Below the pieces are notes generated by a model. It was not told the origin of the DNA. It made no database searches and worked only from the letters and a program-made list of their open reading frames with translations. The translations under genes were made by a program, and so were the position numbers. A DNA stretch of 32,000 bases from the NCBI GenBank assembly GCA_046497275.1, contig JAWOFX010000134.1, forward strand, positions 5,368-37,367. The letters run 5' to 3'. This document shows, one piece after another, positions 1-8,492 of the stretch (the stretch's first letter is position 1; each line of letters begins with the position of its first letter). Source of the stretch: Promethearchaeia archaeon. GTDB lineage: Archaea > Asgardarchaeota > Lokiarchaeia > Sigyniarchaeales > SOKP01.

Positions 1-256
1 ATATTTCATTACGATAATCTTCATTTGTTTCATTTTTGATTTCTCCATGACTATGTGGATATAACCCAGTAAGGAGTGTTCTTCGCGCTGGACCACATAA
101 TGGACAAGCGGTATAAGATTGTGTAAATTCAACTCCCTCGTTAACTACTCTTTCATAATTTGGTTTATGAATCTTAGGAGCATTTGCTTGCTGTCCATGT
201 CCATAAAATGCTTTATGGTCTTCAAAAATTAGAATAATATTAGGTTTCTTGCTCAT
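1..256 (-). CDS. Sulfatase-family hydrolase, N-terminal fragment (runs off the window's left edge)
   Basis: Not in the ORF track. Manual translation from the ATG at 256 gives MSKKPNIILIFEDHKAFYGHGQQANAPKIHKPNYERVVNEGVEFTQSYTACPLCGPARRTLLTGLYPHSHG..., with the typical KPNIILI start and a CxPxR motif (CGPAR) followed by LLTG. Confidence 0.9.
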   Translation of the reverse strand, partial: MSKKPNIILIFEDHKAFYGHGQQANAPKIHKPNYERVVNEGVEFTQSYTACPLCGPARRTLLTGLYPHSHGEIKNETNEDYRNEI

Positions 257-491
257 TTATTTTATTCTCTTAATATCTATGAATTAAAATTAAAATGCTA
301 CTTAACTTCCTATAAAGATATTTAGGATTATTATGAATTCTATAAATAACTTATCATCAGTATGGTTTCTATTTTAGAATTAAGAGAATCATAATATTTG
401 AAGAGAAAATATATTATACTTAAGAACAATAAGATTTAATTAAAATTTAAGATAAATTAAGTAAAAAACCAAATGTATTTATCAATTAAAG

Positions 492-1592
492 ATGACACCT
501 AGAAGAGAATTGAACCCGGCGGCACGTATGCTAAAATCGATGGCATATTTAAAGCCGGATAGAGTACCCGTTTTATTTTTTCCCGAATTCGACCTTATGG
601 CAGATTTCGCTGGCAAGAAAGTGAAAGAATACCTTAATGATGTAGATTTACAAATTGAGACCGGAGAGAGATTTAAAGAGAGATTTTCTGATGCCTATTG
701 CGCAGTTTCTATATACCAACCATACGCAGTTGCAGAAGCATTGGGCTGTAAATTAATGGAACCGGAGGATTTAATCCCATCCGTGCTAGAAAGGGCTATT
801 CAATCACCCAAAGAAATTGAAGAGTTAAAAGTCCCAGACACTTTATGGGATTTGCCCGGTACGGGAGACTGGTTAGAAAAAATCGAATATTCCTTAGAAT
901 CTGGTATAAAACCCGCTGGTACAGGTGAATTTGGTCCAGTAGAATTAGCAACTTTAATTTATGGTTATAACAAATTTTTATTTCATATGGTCAAAAAACC
1001 TGAGTTGATTCATACTCTATTGGAAAAATGTACTGAAGTTGTTATAAAATTCCAAAAAGAATGGATTGAACTTATTGGTGGGTATGCGACTATTATACTT
1101 ATAGCAGATCATGTCAGCGGTTTCATGCGAAGGAAATATATTGATGAATTTTTTGCTCCGTATCATAAGAGAGTATGTGAAGAACTGACGCCAATGACTG
1201 GAGCTATGTTTTATCATTCAGAAAATGAAAGTGAGCATTTTTTGGATGAAATAGGCGATTGGGGATATGCGATGTTCCATGGACAAGAATGGGGTCCTCA
1301 TAAAAAAGCAAAAGAAACAGTTATGAATTTAGAAAACAAATTTACTTTAGTAGGACAAATACCTGGTCGAGATGTAATGCTCAGAGAACCTGATGATGAA
1401 GTTTTAAAACAAAAAATTATTGAAAATATTACCATCTATGGTCCGGGAAGTGGTTATATCCTCTCGACGGGTGGTGGTGTCAATAGAGGTACTCCATTTG
1501 AGCGAATGGATATGATGATTGAACTGACTAAAAAATACGGAAGATATAAAACAAAGAGAAAGCTCTATGGACCAGAGGAAGGTTTAGATTAG
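492..1592 (+). CDS. Uroporphyrinogen decarboxylase-family protein (URO-D / MtaA-CmuA methylcobamide methyltransferase-like TIM barrel)
   Basis: 366 aa. AEALGC early, GPVELATLIYG...FLFHMVKKPELIHTLL in the middle and GYILSTGGGV..GTP at the C-terminus all match the family pattern. The exact substrate cannot be determined. Confidence 0.8.
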   Translation: MTPRRELNPAARMLKSMAYLKPDRVPVLFFPEFDLMADFAGKKVKEYLNDVDLQIETGERFKERFSDAYCAVSIYQPYAVAEALGCKLMEPEDLIPSVLERAIQSPKEIEELKVPDTLWDLPGTGDWLEKIEYSLESGIKPAGTGEFGPVELATLIYGYNKFLFHMVKKPELIHTLLEKCTEVVIKFQKEWIELIGGYATIILIADHVSGFMRRKYIDEFFAPYHKRVCEELTPMTGAMFYHSENESEHFLDEIGDWGYAMFHGQEWGPHKKAKETVMNLENKFTLVGQIPGRDVMLREPDDEVLKQKIIENITIYGPGSGYILSTGGGVNRGTPFERMDMMIELTKKYGRYKTKRKLYGPEEGLD

Positions 1593-1609
1593 TCTATAAC
1601 TGATCTTAA

Positions 1610-1652
1610 GCATATCCTATACAGTTTTTTAAATCTTACTTTTATAGGATGC
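1610..1652. terminator. Possible bidirectional terminator/hairpin between convergent genes
   Basis: ATCCTATA (1614-1621) and TATAGGAT (1643-1650) are an exact inverted repeat around a T6 tract, in the gap between two convergent genes. Confidence 0.3.
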
Positions 1653-1704
1653 GATCTAACTAAAAAATAAGTAAGAAAAAATTAGATTAATTAAAAATTT
1701 AAAT

Positions 1705-2676
1705 TTAAGGTTGCACTCGCACTAACGATGCCCGAAATTCCTTTTTACGTTTCCAATTTTTGTAAAAAGCATATACCACTACGGCAATAATTACTGCTCC
1801 AACAATACTTACTGTAAGCCAAACCGCCCATTCTGTACCATAAGGCGTTATCTTGTAAAAAACATTCTCATCACTATCTAAAAAAGTTATAGTTGATTGT
1901 AATCCTGTTTTTTCAAAGTTTATTTGAACACTATAATTATCTTCACCTTGAATGTCTAATATGAGGGTATTTGCTTCACTAGAAACATTTACATTATTTA
2001 AAGTGTTCACCATTTCTGTTAAATAGGAATCAATTGGGCTAGCAACCGCGAATCTAGTGCGGAACAGTTCAAATAAGAAATTATTAGCGGTATAATTTGA
2101 TAAAATCTTGAGAGGCGCTGTATAATTATTAACTTCTTCCGTGAATGAATTATAATCGTCTAAGAGTGTTTTAAAACCTTGTGGATCTTTAAGGATGTAT
2201 GAAACGCTATTAGGGTAGGTTGCGCTTTCTGGTAAATTTTCTGGGTGAAAACTCCATTTTGCGGTTAATATAAGATTTATCTCATAAGTTGTAGTATAAT
2301 TTTCATCCACAAAACTCTGATTGAACCCTAACCCTATCAGAGTTGGTATTCTATCTGGGGGAATAAGTAGGCTGAAAAATAGTTCTGAAGTATTATAAGT
2401 AACATCATACCACCCACGAAAAATACTTTTACTCTCTGAACCTGTGATGTTTGCATTCTCCCCAAAATATTCTTCTGGTCCGAATTCTTCACTAACGGTT
2501 GCATTCCATATTTCTTCATCATATGAATCTATCCTATACCTCATCGAACCTTTTTGTAGTGAAACAGAATAATTTGCTGCTGATATAAAAGAAGGAGTAA
2601 ACAACCAGATAATAATCCATCCAAGCATTACAAAGACTTTAAATTTTCTATTTATCTTAATTCTTTTTGTTGTCAT
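1705..2676 (-). CDS. Secreted/surface protein with N-terminal signal peptide and C-terminal membrane anchor
   Basis: Basic then hydrophobic N-terminus (KRIKINRKFKVFVMLGWIIIWLF...ISAA); C-terminal TM helix (WAVWLTVSIVGAVIIAVVVYAFY) plus basic tail KNWKRKK; 10 N-x-S/T sequons; starts 1 bp after the permease stop. Confidence 0.75.
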   Translation of the reverse strand: MTTKRIKINRKFKVFVMLGWIIIWLFTPSFISAANYSVSLQKGSMRYRIDSYDEEIWNATVSEEFGPEEYFGENANITGSESKSIFRGWYDVTYNTSELFFSLLIPPDRIPTLIGLGFNQSFVDENYTTTYEINLILTAKWSFHPENLPESATYPNSVSYILKDPQGFKTLLDDYNSFTEEVNNYTAPLKILSNYTANNFLFELFRTRFAVASPIDSYLTEMVNTLNNVNVSSEANTLILDIQGEDNYSVQINFEKTGLQSTITFLDSDENVFYKITPYGTEWAVWLTVSIVGAVIIAVVVYAFYKNWKRKKEFRASLVRVQP

Positions 2677-2677
2677 T

Positions 2678-3514
2678 CTATAATTGCCTCCTTTTGAAAA
2701 TTATAGCCGCAAATAATAAACTAAAGAACGTATATATAAGCATAATAGAGATTCCTGCGAATATTGTGGGCGTATTCCATGTTCTGAAAGTGAAATTTCT
2801 TACAGAAATTTGAGTGTATCGTTCCGCTACGGTTTCTGGAAAATCTAAATATAAAATAGATGACATTAAATTTCCCGCATATTGTAATGAGTAGAGTGGT
2901 TCAATATCAGGATTAGCTAAGACAACGAATTGGGTAATTACGTTAAAAGCGATTAACAGAATTAGAATTGTAGTAATTATTGTTATATTTTCTTTTTTCA
3001 TGAACGAACTGAAAAAGGTTATGAAACTACTTACCGCTAAAATATATAAAAGAGCCATCCCAAATGATTGAAAGAATCTAAAGTTAAGAGGGCCACCATA
3101 ATAATATAATCCAAGTAATCCTAAAGTGAAATAAAATACACCACTTATGCCCATTACTAAAGCATAACTGCCGATATATTTCCCAATAATTAGTTTATAT
3201 TTGCTTATCTTGGGAAAGAGGATGAATCCAGTCTCTTTATCATATTCGGAGCATATAATTCCTGAAAAAAAGAAACAATTCGCAAAGATCAGGATAAATG
3301 AAAGAAAAGTCTGATTTGTTCTGAAGTATTCCGTTTGGATCGATGGTAGCGAGTTTCCAGGAAAAAACGCATAAGGTAACCAACTTGCTAATAGGACTAG
3401 TCCAACAGTAATAACTGAAAAAGCAATAAATTTCTTCCATTGTTTTTTTAATTCAAATATAAACGTATGTCCAATCGGTTTCATTCCTATATATAATTTA
3501 TTAAAAAAGTCCAT
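2678..3514 (-). CDS. ABC-2 type exporter permease
   Basis: About six hydrophobic segments. The IICSEYDKETGFILFPKISKYKLIIGKY segment matches the conserved ABC-2 permease loop, and the gene is adjacent to an ABC ATPase. Confidence 0.85.
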   Translation of the reverse strand: MDFFNKLYIGMKPIGHTFIFELKKQWKKFIAFSVITVGLVLLASWLPYAFFPGNSLPSIQTEYFRTNQTFLSFILIFANCFFFSGIICSEYDKETGFILFPKISKYKLIIGKYIGSYALVMGISGVFYFTLGLLGLYYYGGPLNFRFFQSFGMALLYILAVSSFITFFSSFMKKENITIITTILILLIAFNVITQFVVLANPDIEPLYSLQYAGNLMSSILYLDFPETVAERYTQISVRNFTFRTWNTPTIFAGISIMLIYTFFSLLFAAIIFKRRQL

Positions 3515-3518
3515 TTTT

Positions 3519-4586
3519 CTAATTAAACCTCCTTCTATTCATTTCTTTTTGTGCATCTGTTCCTATTAATTGTTCATAGATACGTTCTAATTGGGATGTT
3601 CTAGGTTGTGAAAATGATACGATATTTAGCTCAGGAAAATCATTGACCAGAATCTTGAGTATTTTTGCTCGTGATTCTCTTTTTCCATCATAATATATGT
3701 TAAACTCCTTATCTTTTATGTTATAGGATATTGGGATTTTCGATATTTTTGGATCTAAATCCTTATCTAAATAAGGCTCAAGTTCCTTAGTTAATTTGTC
3801 TATTATTGGTTTTAACTTATCTGAAGATATATCTTTTAAAGGTTGGAATACCAATTCGTTAGTTTTTAAATTTAGTTCCAAATTTTCAATCGTATCGAAT
3901 GCGACGATTTGTCCACGGTTTATTAACGCAATCTTATCACAAATTTCTGAAATCTCGTGTAATAGATGTGAAGCAACGAAGATAGTTTTTCCTTGTTTTT
4001 GTAAAGATCGAATAAAACGCCGAACATCAATGCGAGCTTTCGGATCTAGTCCCGTTTGTGGTTCATCAAGGATAATAAAATCGGGATCATGAATAATAGC
4101 TTGTATTATCCCTAGTTTTTGCTTCATCCCCTTTGAGAATTCATCAACGGTTTCATATTTCCATTCATATAAATTGAATAATTGGAGCAATTTGTTCATT
4201 CTGTCTTCAATTTGATCGTTTGGATAATTCTGTAATTTCGCAAAATATTTTAATAATTGAGCTGGTGTCATTTCATAAAATGAGGGAATATCTATGAGAA
4301 ACCCCCTCGGAACGAGGTTTCTATCATTTTCAAATAAGTTTTGAAGCTCTCCGTGTTTATTTTGAACAAAGATTTTTCCACTTGTAGGTTTCATAATGGT
4401 TGAGATCATCTTAATTGTTGTCGTTTTTCCTGCTCCATTAGGCCCTACCAATCCAATTGTTTCCCCTCTTTTGACTTCTATATTTATATTATCAACTGCT
4501 TTCAGGTTCCCAAAATGTTTACTCAAATTCTCGAGTTTAATGATAGTTTCTAAAATTCTTTTCACCTGCTTTGATTTTTTTATCAA
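3519..4586 (-). CDS. ABC exporter ATP-binding subunit (start codon uncertain)
   Basis: Walker A GPNGAGKTT, signature variant FSKGM, Walker B IILDE, H-loop ASH. The track start is TTG 4586; an alternative GTG lies at 4565. Confidence 0.93.
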   Translation of the reverse strand: MIKKSKQVKRILETIIKLENLSKHFGNLKAVDNINIEVKRGETIGLVGPNGAGKTTTIKMISTIMKPTSGKIFVQNKHGELQNLFENDRNLVPRGFLIDIPSFYEMTPAQLLKYFAKLQNYPNDQIEDRMNKLLQLFNLYEWKYETVDEFSKGMKQKLGIIQAIIHDPDFIILDEPQTGLDPKARIDVRRFIRSLQKQGKTIFVASHLLHEISEICDKIALINRGQIVAFDTIENLELNLKTNELVFQPLKDISSDKLKPIIDKLTKELEPYLDKDLDPKISKIPISYNIKDKEFNIYYDGKRESRAKILKILVNDFPELNIVSFSQPRTSQLERIYEQLIGTDAQKEMNRRRFN

Positions 4587-4591
4587 ACATT

Positions 4592-5149
4592 TTATTTTTT
4601 GTTTTTCAAATTTTCAAGTTCATTCTCAATATTTTGTAGAAAACCTTCTAATTTTTGGATTCTCATCTTAACAAATCGTTTTCTTCTTTCTAAGAGTTTT
4701 ATCTTTTCTTCCTTCGGGATTTTTTGTGATTTTCTAAAAATCATTGGGGGGAACATAATGCGTTCGATATCATCATCAAACAAATCATCTTCTTCCAATC
4801 CAAATGATGTAATAATTATTGAACGCATTGCCTTCATCATATCTCTCTGTTTTTGGATCAGTCTTTTTAAAGTTTCCTCGCCTTTCAGTGTTAATTTATA
4901 ATTTTTCCTTGGACGTTTGTCTTCTTTCTCCTCTTCAATTATCTGTATTAAGTCATTTTTGCATAAATCATCTAAAAGCGGATACATTGTCGAGGCTGAA
5001 GGTTTCCACATGCCAAGCGTAAAATTCTCGATTTCCTGCATAATTTTATAACCGTGCATCGGTTTTTTTTCCAGAATCGTGAGCACTAGCATACTCATAA
5101 ATCCTTTTTTCATTGCTCTTTCAAACCGTTTAACATGCTCTTCTGTCAT
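4592..5149 (-). CDS. PadR-family transcriptional regulator
   Basis: LVLTILEKKPMHGYKIMQEI...WKPSASTMYPLLDDL...RPRKNYKLTLKGEE is the PadR winged-helix signature; first gene of the ABC operon. Confidence 0.92.
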   Translation of the reverse strand: MTEEHVKRFERAMKKGFMSMLVLTILEKKPMHGYKIMQEIENFTLGMWKPSASTMYPLLDDLCKNDLIQIIEEEKEDKRPRKNYKLTLKGEETLKRLIQKQRDMMKAMRSIIITSFGLEEDDLFDDDIERIMFPPMIFRKSQKIPKEEKIKLLERRKRFVKMRIQKLEGFLQNIENELENLKNKK

Positions 5150-5182
5150 TATTCAGGACCTAAAATATTGAGATTAAATTCT

Positions 5183-5231
5183 ATATATCGATCTACGATA
5201 TATCATTATTATATATAAGTTACCGATATAT
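5183..5231. promoter_or_regulatory. Tandem palindromic operator upstream of padR (probable autoregulatory site)
   Basis: Perfect ATATATCG-N5-CGATATAT at 5183-5203 and a second copy ATATATAA-N5-CGATATAT at 5211-5231, 34-82 bp upstream of the padR ATG. It overlaps minus-strand TTTATATA TATA-like boxes. Confidence 0.7.
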
Positions 5232-5618
5232 ATAAAAACTCTTAAATTAAGCTATTGAAAAAAAAATAGGTTCTCTTAGAAATTAAAATTAAATTTCAAC
5301 TAAATTGAACTAAAGATGAGGAATATAATTTCACATATTTCACGATATTAATAAATTCTGATTACTTTTTCCATTCCATTCCAAATAATTTATAGCTATC
5401 TGATACACCCATTAAATTTTCTACTTGAATACGGAATCCTTCAATATTTGAGACAAAAGGCACGAAATCCATAAAATCTCTTTTTTTATTTTTTTTAATA
5501 CTAGGAATGAGATTTCTAAATTCTATTGTTATCTAAAAGAATTCTGATCACATAAAATTATGAAATATTACTATAAGATATAAATTGAACGGAGAGTATT
5601 TGTAATAAGAGAGTCAAT

Positions 5619-6083
5619 ATGAGTGAAATCGTTCCAGAAAAAATTCATATAAAATATCTTGATTCGATTGAGAATAGAGAATCATTTTTGCCGCGAAAAT
5701 ATACTCTCACTCATTCAGATTTTACGGGAGATCTCTTTTTAACAATTAGTAAAGAATATGATACTGAAGAGTTTTCAGATTTCTATACGAAATTAATGAG
5801 GGATGAAGTGTTAGCAGAATGGAAGAAGAATGAGGATGAATATGAGCTTCATGTGTATCTCCACGTAAGCGGCGGTTTTGCTTTTGGTGGGGCATGGCTG
5901 CGAGATAAGATATTTCGACATCATATGCCTCATGTCTTAAAAGTAATTAGATATGGGGATAATGAACTTTTTGAAGCGATTCCAGAACTTGATAACTGTA
6001 ATATTATAGTCCATTTTCAATCGCAAAAAAAGAAATATGACACTGTTGAAAACTTTGGGCAATTTAGAGAGTATAAAGAATAG
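5619..6083 (+). CDS. STAY-GREEN (SGR)-family protein, Mg-dechelatase homolog
   Basis: 154 aa with PRKYTLTHSD, LMRDEVLAEW, LHVYLHVSGG, YGD and VHFQS...VENFG, matching plant SGR motifs (PRTYTLTHSD, RDEVVAEW, HVHCHISGG, HGD). Confidence 0.9.
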   Translation: MSEIVPEKIHIKYLDSIENRESFLPRKYTLTHSDFTGDLFLTISKEYDTEEFSDFYTKLMRDEVLAEWKKNEDEYELHVYLHVSGGFAFGGAWLRDKIFRHHMPHVLKVIRYGDNELFEAIPELDNCNIIVHFQSQKKKYDTVENFGQFREYKE

Positions 6084-6137
6084 ATACCCATAATTAAACT
6101 TTTAGAATAAAACTTCCCTATTAAATTACTATTCATT

Positions 6138-7481
6138 ATGAATTCTAGACGAGTCCGGCAATTAAAAAAGGCACCTGAAAAAAAAGGACCAATTTTATAT
6201 TGGATGAGTAGAGATCAGCGAATAAACGACAATTGGGCGTTAATATATGCCCAAGAGAAAGCAATAAAAACAAAAAGTCCGCTTGTTGTTATTTTTAACT
6301 TATTGCCAGAGTTCAAGGAAGCAACCATGAGAGCATATAAGTTTATGGTAAATGGATTACAAAAATTAGAAAAAAAGTTAGACTCACTTAACATCTCATT
6401 TGTTCTCAAACAAGGATACTCCGAAGAAACCATCCCAAATTTTATTGATGATTACAATATAAGTGTATTGATCACTGATTTCTCTCCCCTCAAGATAAAA
6501 CAAGCATGGATTGATAAAATAAAAGACCTTATCTCAGTTCCCTTTTATGAAGTAGATGCTCATAATATAATCCCAGTCTGGGAAGCCTCGAATAAAAAGG
6601 AATATGCTGCCTATACATTACGTAGTAAGATTGAAAGCAAATTAAATCAATATTTAGATGAATTTCCAAAAATAAAAAAACATCCAAACCCCTGGAATGA
6701 AAATTTTTCTTCTATTGAATGGTCTAAAATCTTTAATAAAATGAATCTTCAACAAATTCAATCTAATAGCATTGATTTTATATCTGGAGAAGATGAAGCT
6801 CATAAAACTTTAAAAAAATTCCTTAAAACTAAATTTCATGACTATAATAGGGATAGGAATGATCCAACCAAAGACGCGACTTCTAATTTGTCTCCTTATT
6901 TACATTTTGGACACATAGCGTCTCAGAGAGTGGTTTTAGAAGCTCAAAAAGTGAAACCAATAAAACAGTTAAAAAACTCCTTTTATGATGAGATTATTGT
7001 TCGAAAAGAATTATCTGATAATTTCTGCTTTTATGAATCTAGCTATGATGCTTTTGAAGGATTTCATTCTTGGGCAAAAGAAACGTTAAATACCCATCGT
7101 AATAATGAAAGAGAATATATCTATTCGACAGAAGATTTCGAAAATGCAAAAACTCATGATGATGCGTGGAATGCTGCTCAACTTCAGATGGTCAAAACAG
7201 GAAAAATGCATGGATATATGAGGATGTATTGGGGGAAAAAGATTCTTGAATGGACGGAATCTCCAGAGCAGGCTCTTGATATTGCGATTTATTTGAATGA
7301 TAAATACGAATTGGATGGGAGAGATCCAAATGGATATACGGGAATTGCATGGTCCATAGGTGGTATTCATGATAGAGCATGGAAGGAGCGAAAAATCTTT
7401 GGAAAGGTAAGATATATGTCCTATAATGGTTTAAAGAGAAAATTTGATATTCAAAATTTTATAGATAATTATAATTCTTAA
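6138..7481 (+). CDS. phr: Class II CPD DNA photolyase
   Basis: YWMSRDQRINDNWAL N-terminus; SNLSPYLHFGHI; HDDAWNAAQ; GKMHGYMRMYWGKKILEW; YLNDKYELDGRDPNGY; GGIHDRAWKERKIFGKVRYM. These are class II-specific motifs and include the Trp triad. Confidence 0.96.
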   Translation: MNSRRVRQLKKAPEKKGPILYWMSRDQRINDNWALIYAQEKAIKTKSPLVVIFNLLPEFKEATMRAYKFMVNGLQKLEKKLDSLNISFVLKQGYSEETIPNFIDDYNISVLITDFSPLKIKQAWIDKIKDLISVPFYEVDAHNIIPVWEASNKKEYAAYTLRSKIESKLNQYLDEFPKIKKHPNPWNENFSSIEWSKIFNKMNLQQIQSNSIDFISGEDEAHKTLKKFLKTKFHDYNRDRNDPTKDATSNLSPYLHFGHIASQRVVLEAQKVKPIKQLKNSFYDEIIVRKELSDNFCFYESSYDAFEGFHSWAKETLNTHRNNEREYIYSTEDFENAKTHDDAWNAAQLQMVKTGKMHGYMRMYWGKKILEWTESPEQALDIAIYLNDKYELDGRDPNGYTGIAWSIGGIHDRAWKERKIFGKVRYMSYNGLKRKFDIQNFIDNYNS

Positions 7482-7499
7482 AAAAAGAGGTAGATAGAT

Positions 7500-8492
7500 T
7501 TGAATGAGTTTGTAAAACCGACGGTAGTAAGCTCAAAATGCATTGAATTTGAGTATTGTCGTTATAATGCGAATATTATAAGTAGTGATGTAGTAAAAGA
7601 GATGAAGAGTTTTGTAAACTTTATCCCTGTGTGTCCAGAAGTTGAAATCGGGTTGGGTGTTCCAAGAGATCCAATTCGGATTATTCAAGAGGATGATTCT
7701 TTAACATTAATGCAAAGTTCCACGGGAAGAGATGTGACATCCTCAATGATTAATTTTGCGGAAAATTTCTTAGATTCTCTGGATTATGTAGATGGATTTA
7801 TTTTGAAATATAAATCACCGTCTTGTGGCACTAAACACACTCCATATTTGGCAAGCATCCAAAAAGGGGCAGCGAAATTAGGAATGGGTCCTGGTTTGTT
7901 CGGAAAAGTAGTAATGGAAAGATTTCCAAATTTACCTATTGAAAATGAAGGGAGACTGAAAAATTTCAGAATACGAGAATATTTTTTAACTAAATTATAC
8001 ACAATTGCTAGGTTTAGAGAAGTCAAGAATTCTGAAAAAATGCGAAGATTAGTTGACTTTCAGGCAAACAATAAATTTCTTTTCATGGCATATAATCAGG
8101 CAGAGATGAGAGAAATGGGTCGTATAGTCGCAAATCAAGAAAAACAATCTTTCTCAACACTCATAACAAAATATGAATCTCATCTTCTCAAACTTTTAGC
8201 TTATCCACCAAAATTTACTTCTCACATAAATGTGTTGATGCATATGTTAGGTTATTTCTCAGATGACCTTACAAAAGATGAGAAGGCATATTTTCTTGAT
8301 GAATTGGAAAAATATCGAGCAGGATGGATCCCATTATTCGTTATGAGAAGTCTACTGAAATCTTGGATAGTAAGATTTAATCAGCCCTATTTAAAAACTC
8401 AGACCTATTTCGAAATCTTTCCGGAAGAGCTCATGAGATTTGATTTAAAAGATACTTGGCGGGGGAGAAGTTATTGGGAGAAACCAAAATGA
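7500..8492 (+). CDS. DUF523-DUF1722 fusion (YbgA family; TudS/RudS-like thiouracil / 4-thiouridine desulfidase)
   Basis: N-terminal domain has SSKC..RYN, PVCPEVEIGLGVPRDPIR and KSPSCG (three Fe-S Cys). C-terminal DUF1722-like helical part has NKFLFMAY and NVLMHMLGYF. TTG start follows a GAGGT RBS; the gene sits directly after phr, as in the E. coli ybgA-phr linkage. Confidence 0.88.
   Translation: MNEFVKPTVVSSKCIEFEYCRYNANIISSDVVKEMKSFVNFIPVCPEVEIGLGVPRDPIRIIQEDDSLTLMQSSTGRDVTSSMINFAENFLDSLDYVDGFILKYKSPSCGTKHTPYLASIQKGAAKLGMGPGLFGKVVMERFPNLPIENEGRLKNFRIREYFLTKLYTIARFREVKNSEKMRRLVDFQANNKFLFMAYNQAEMREMGRIVANQEKQSFSTLITKYESHLLKLLAYPPKFTSHINVLMHMLGYFSDDLTKDEKAYFLDELEKYRAGWIPLFVMRSLLKSWIVRFNQPYLKTQTYFEIFPEELMRFDLKDTWRGRSYWEKPK

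Noticed and set aside
8456-8488. Track's longer start for the racemase (MAGEKLLGETK...)
   Set aside because: It overlaps 37 bp of the upstream gene. ATG 8489 gives the canonical MKxIGLIGGMSW start and an ATGA coupling.
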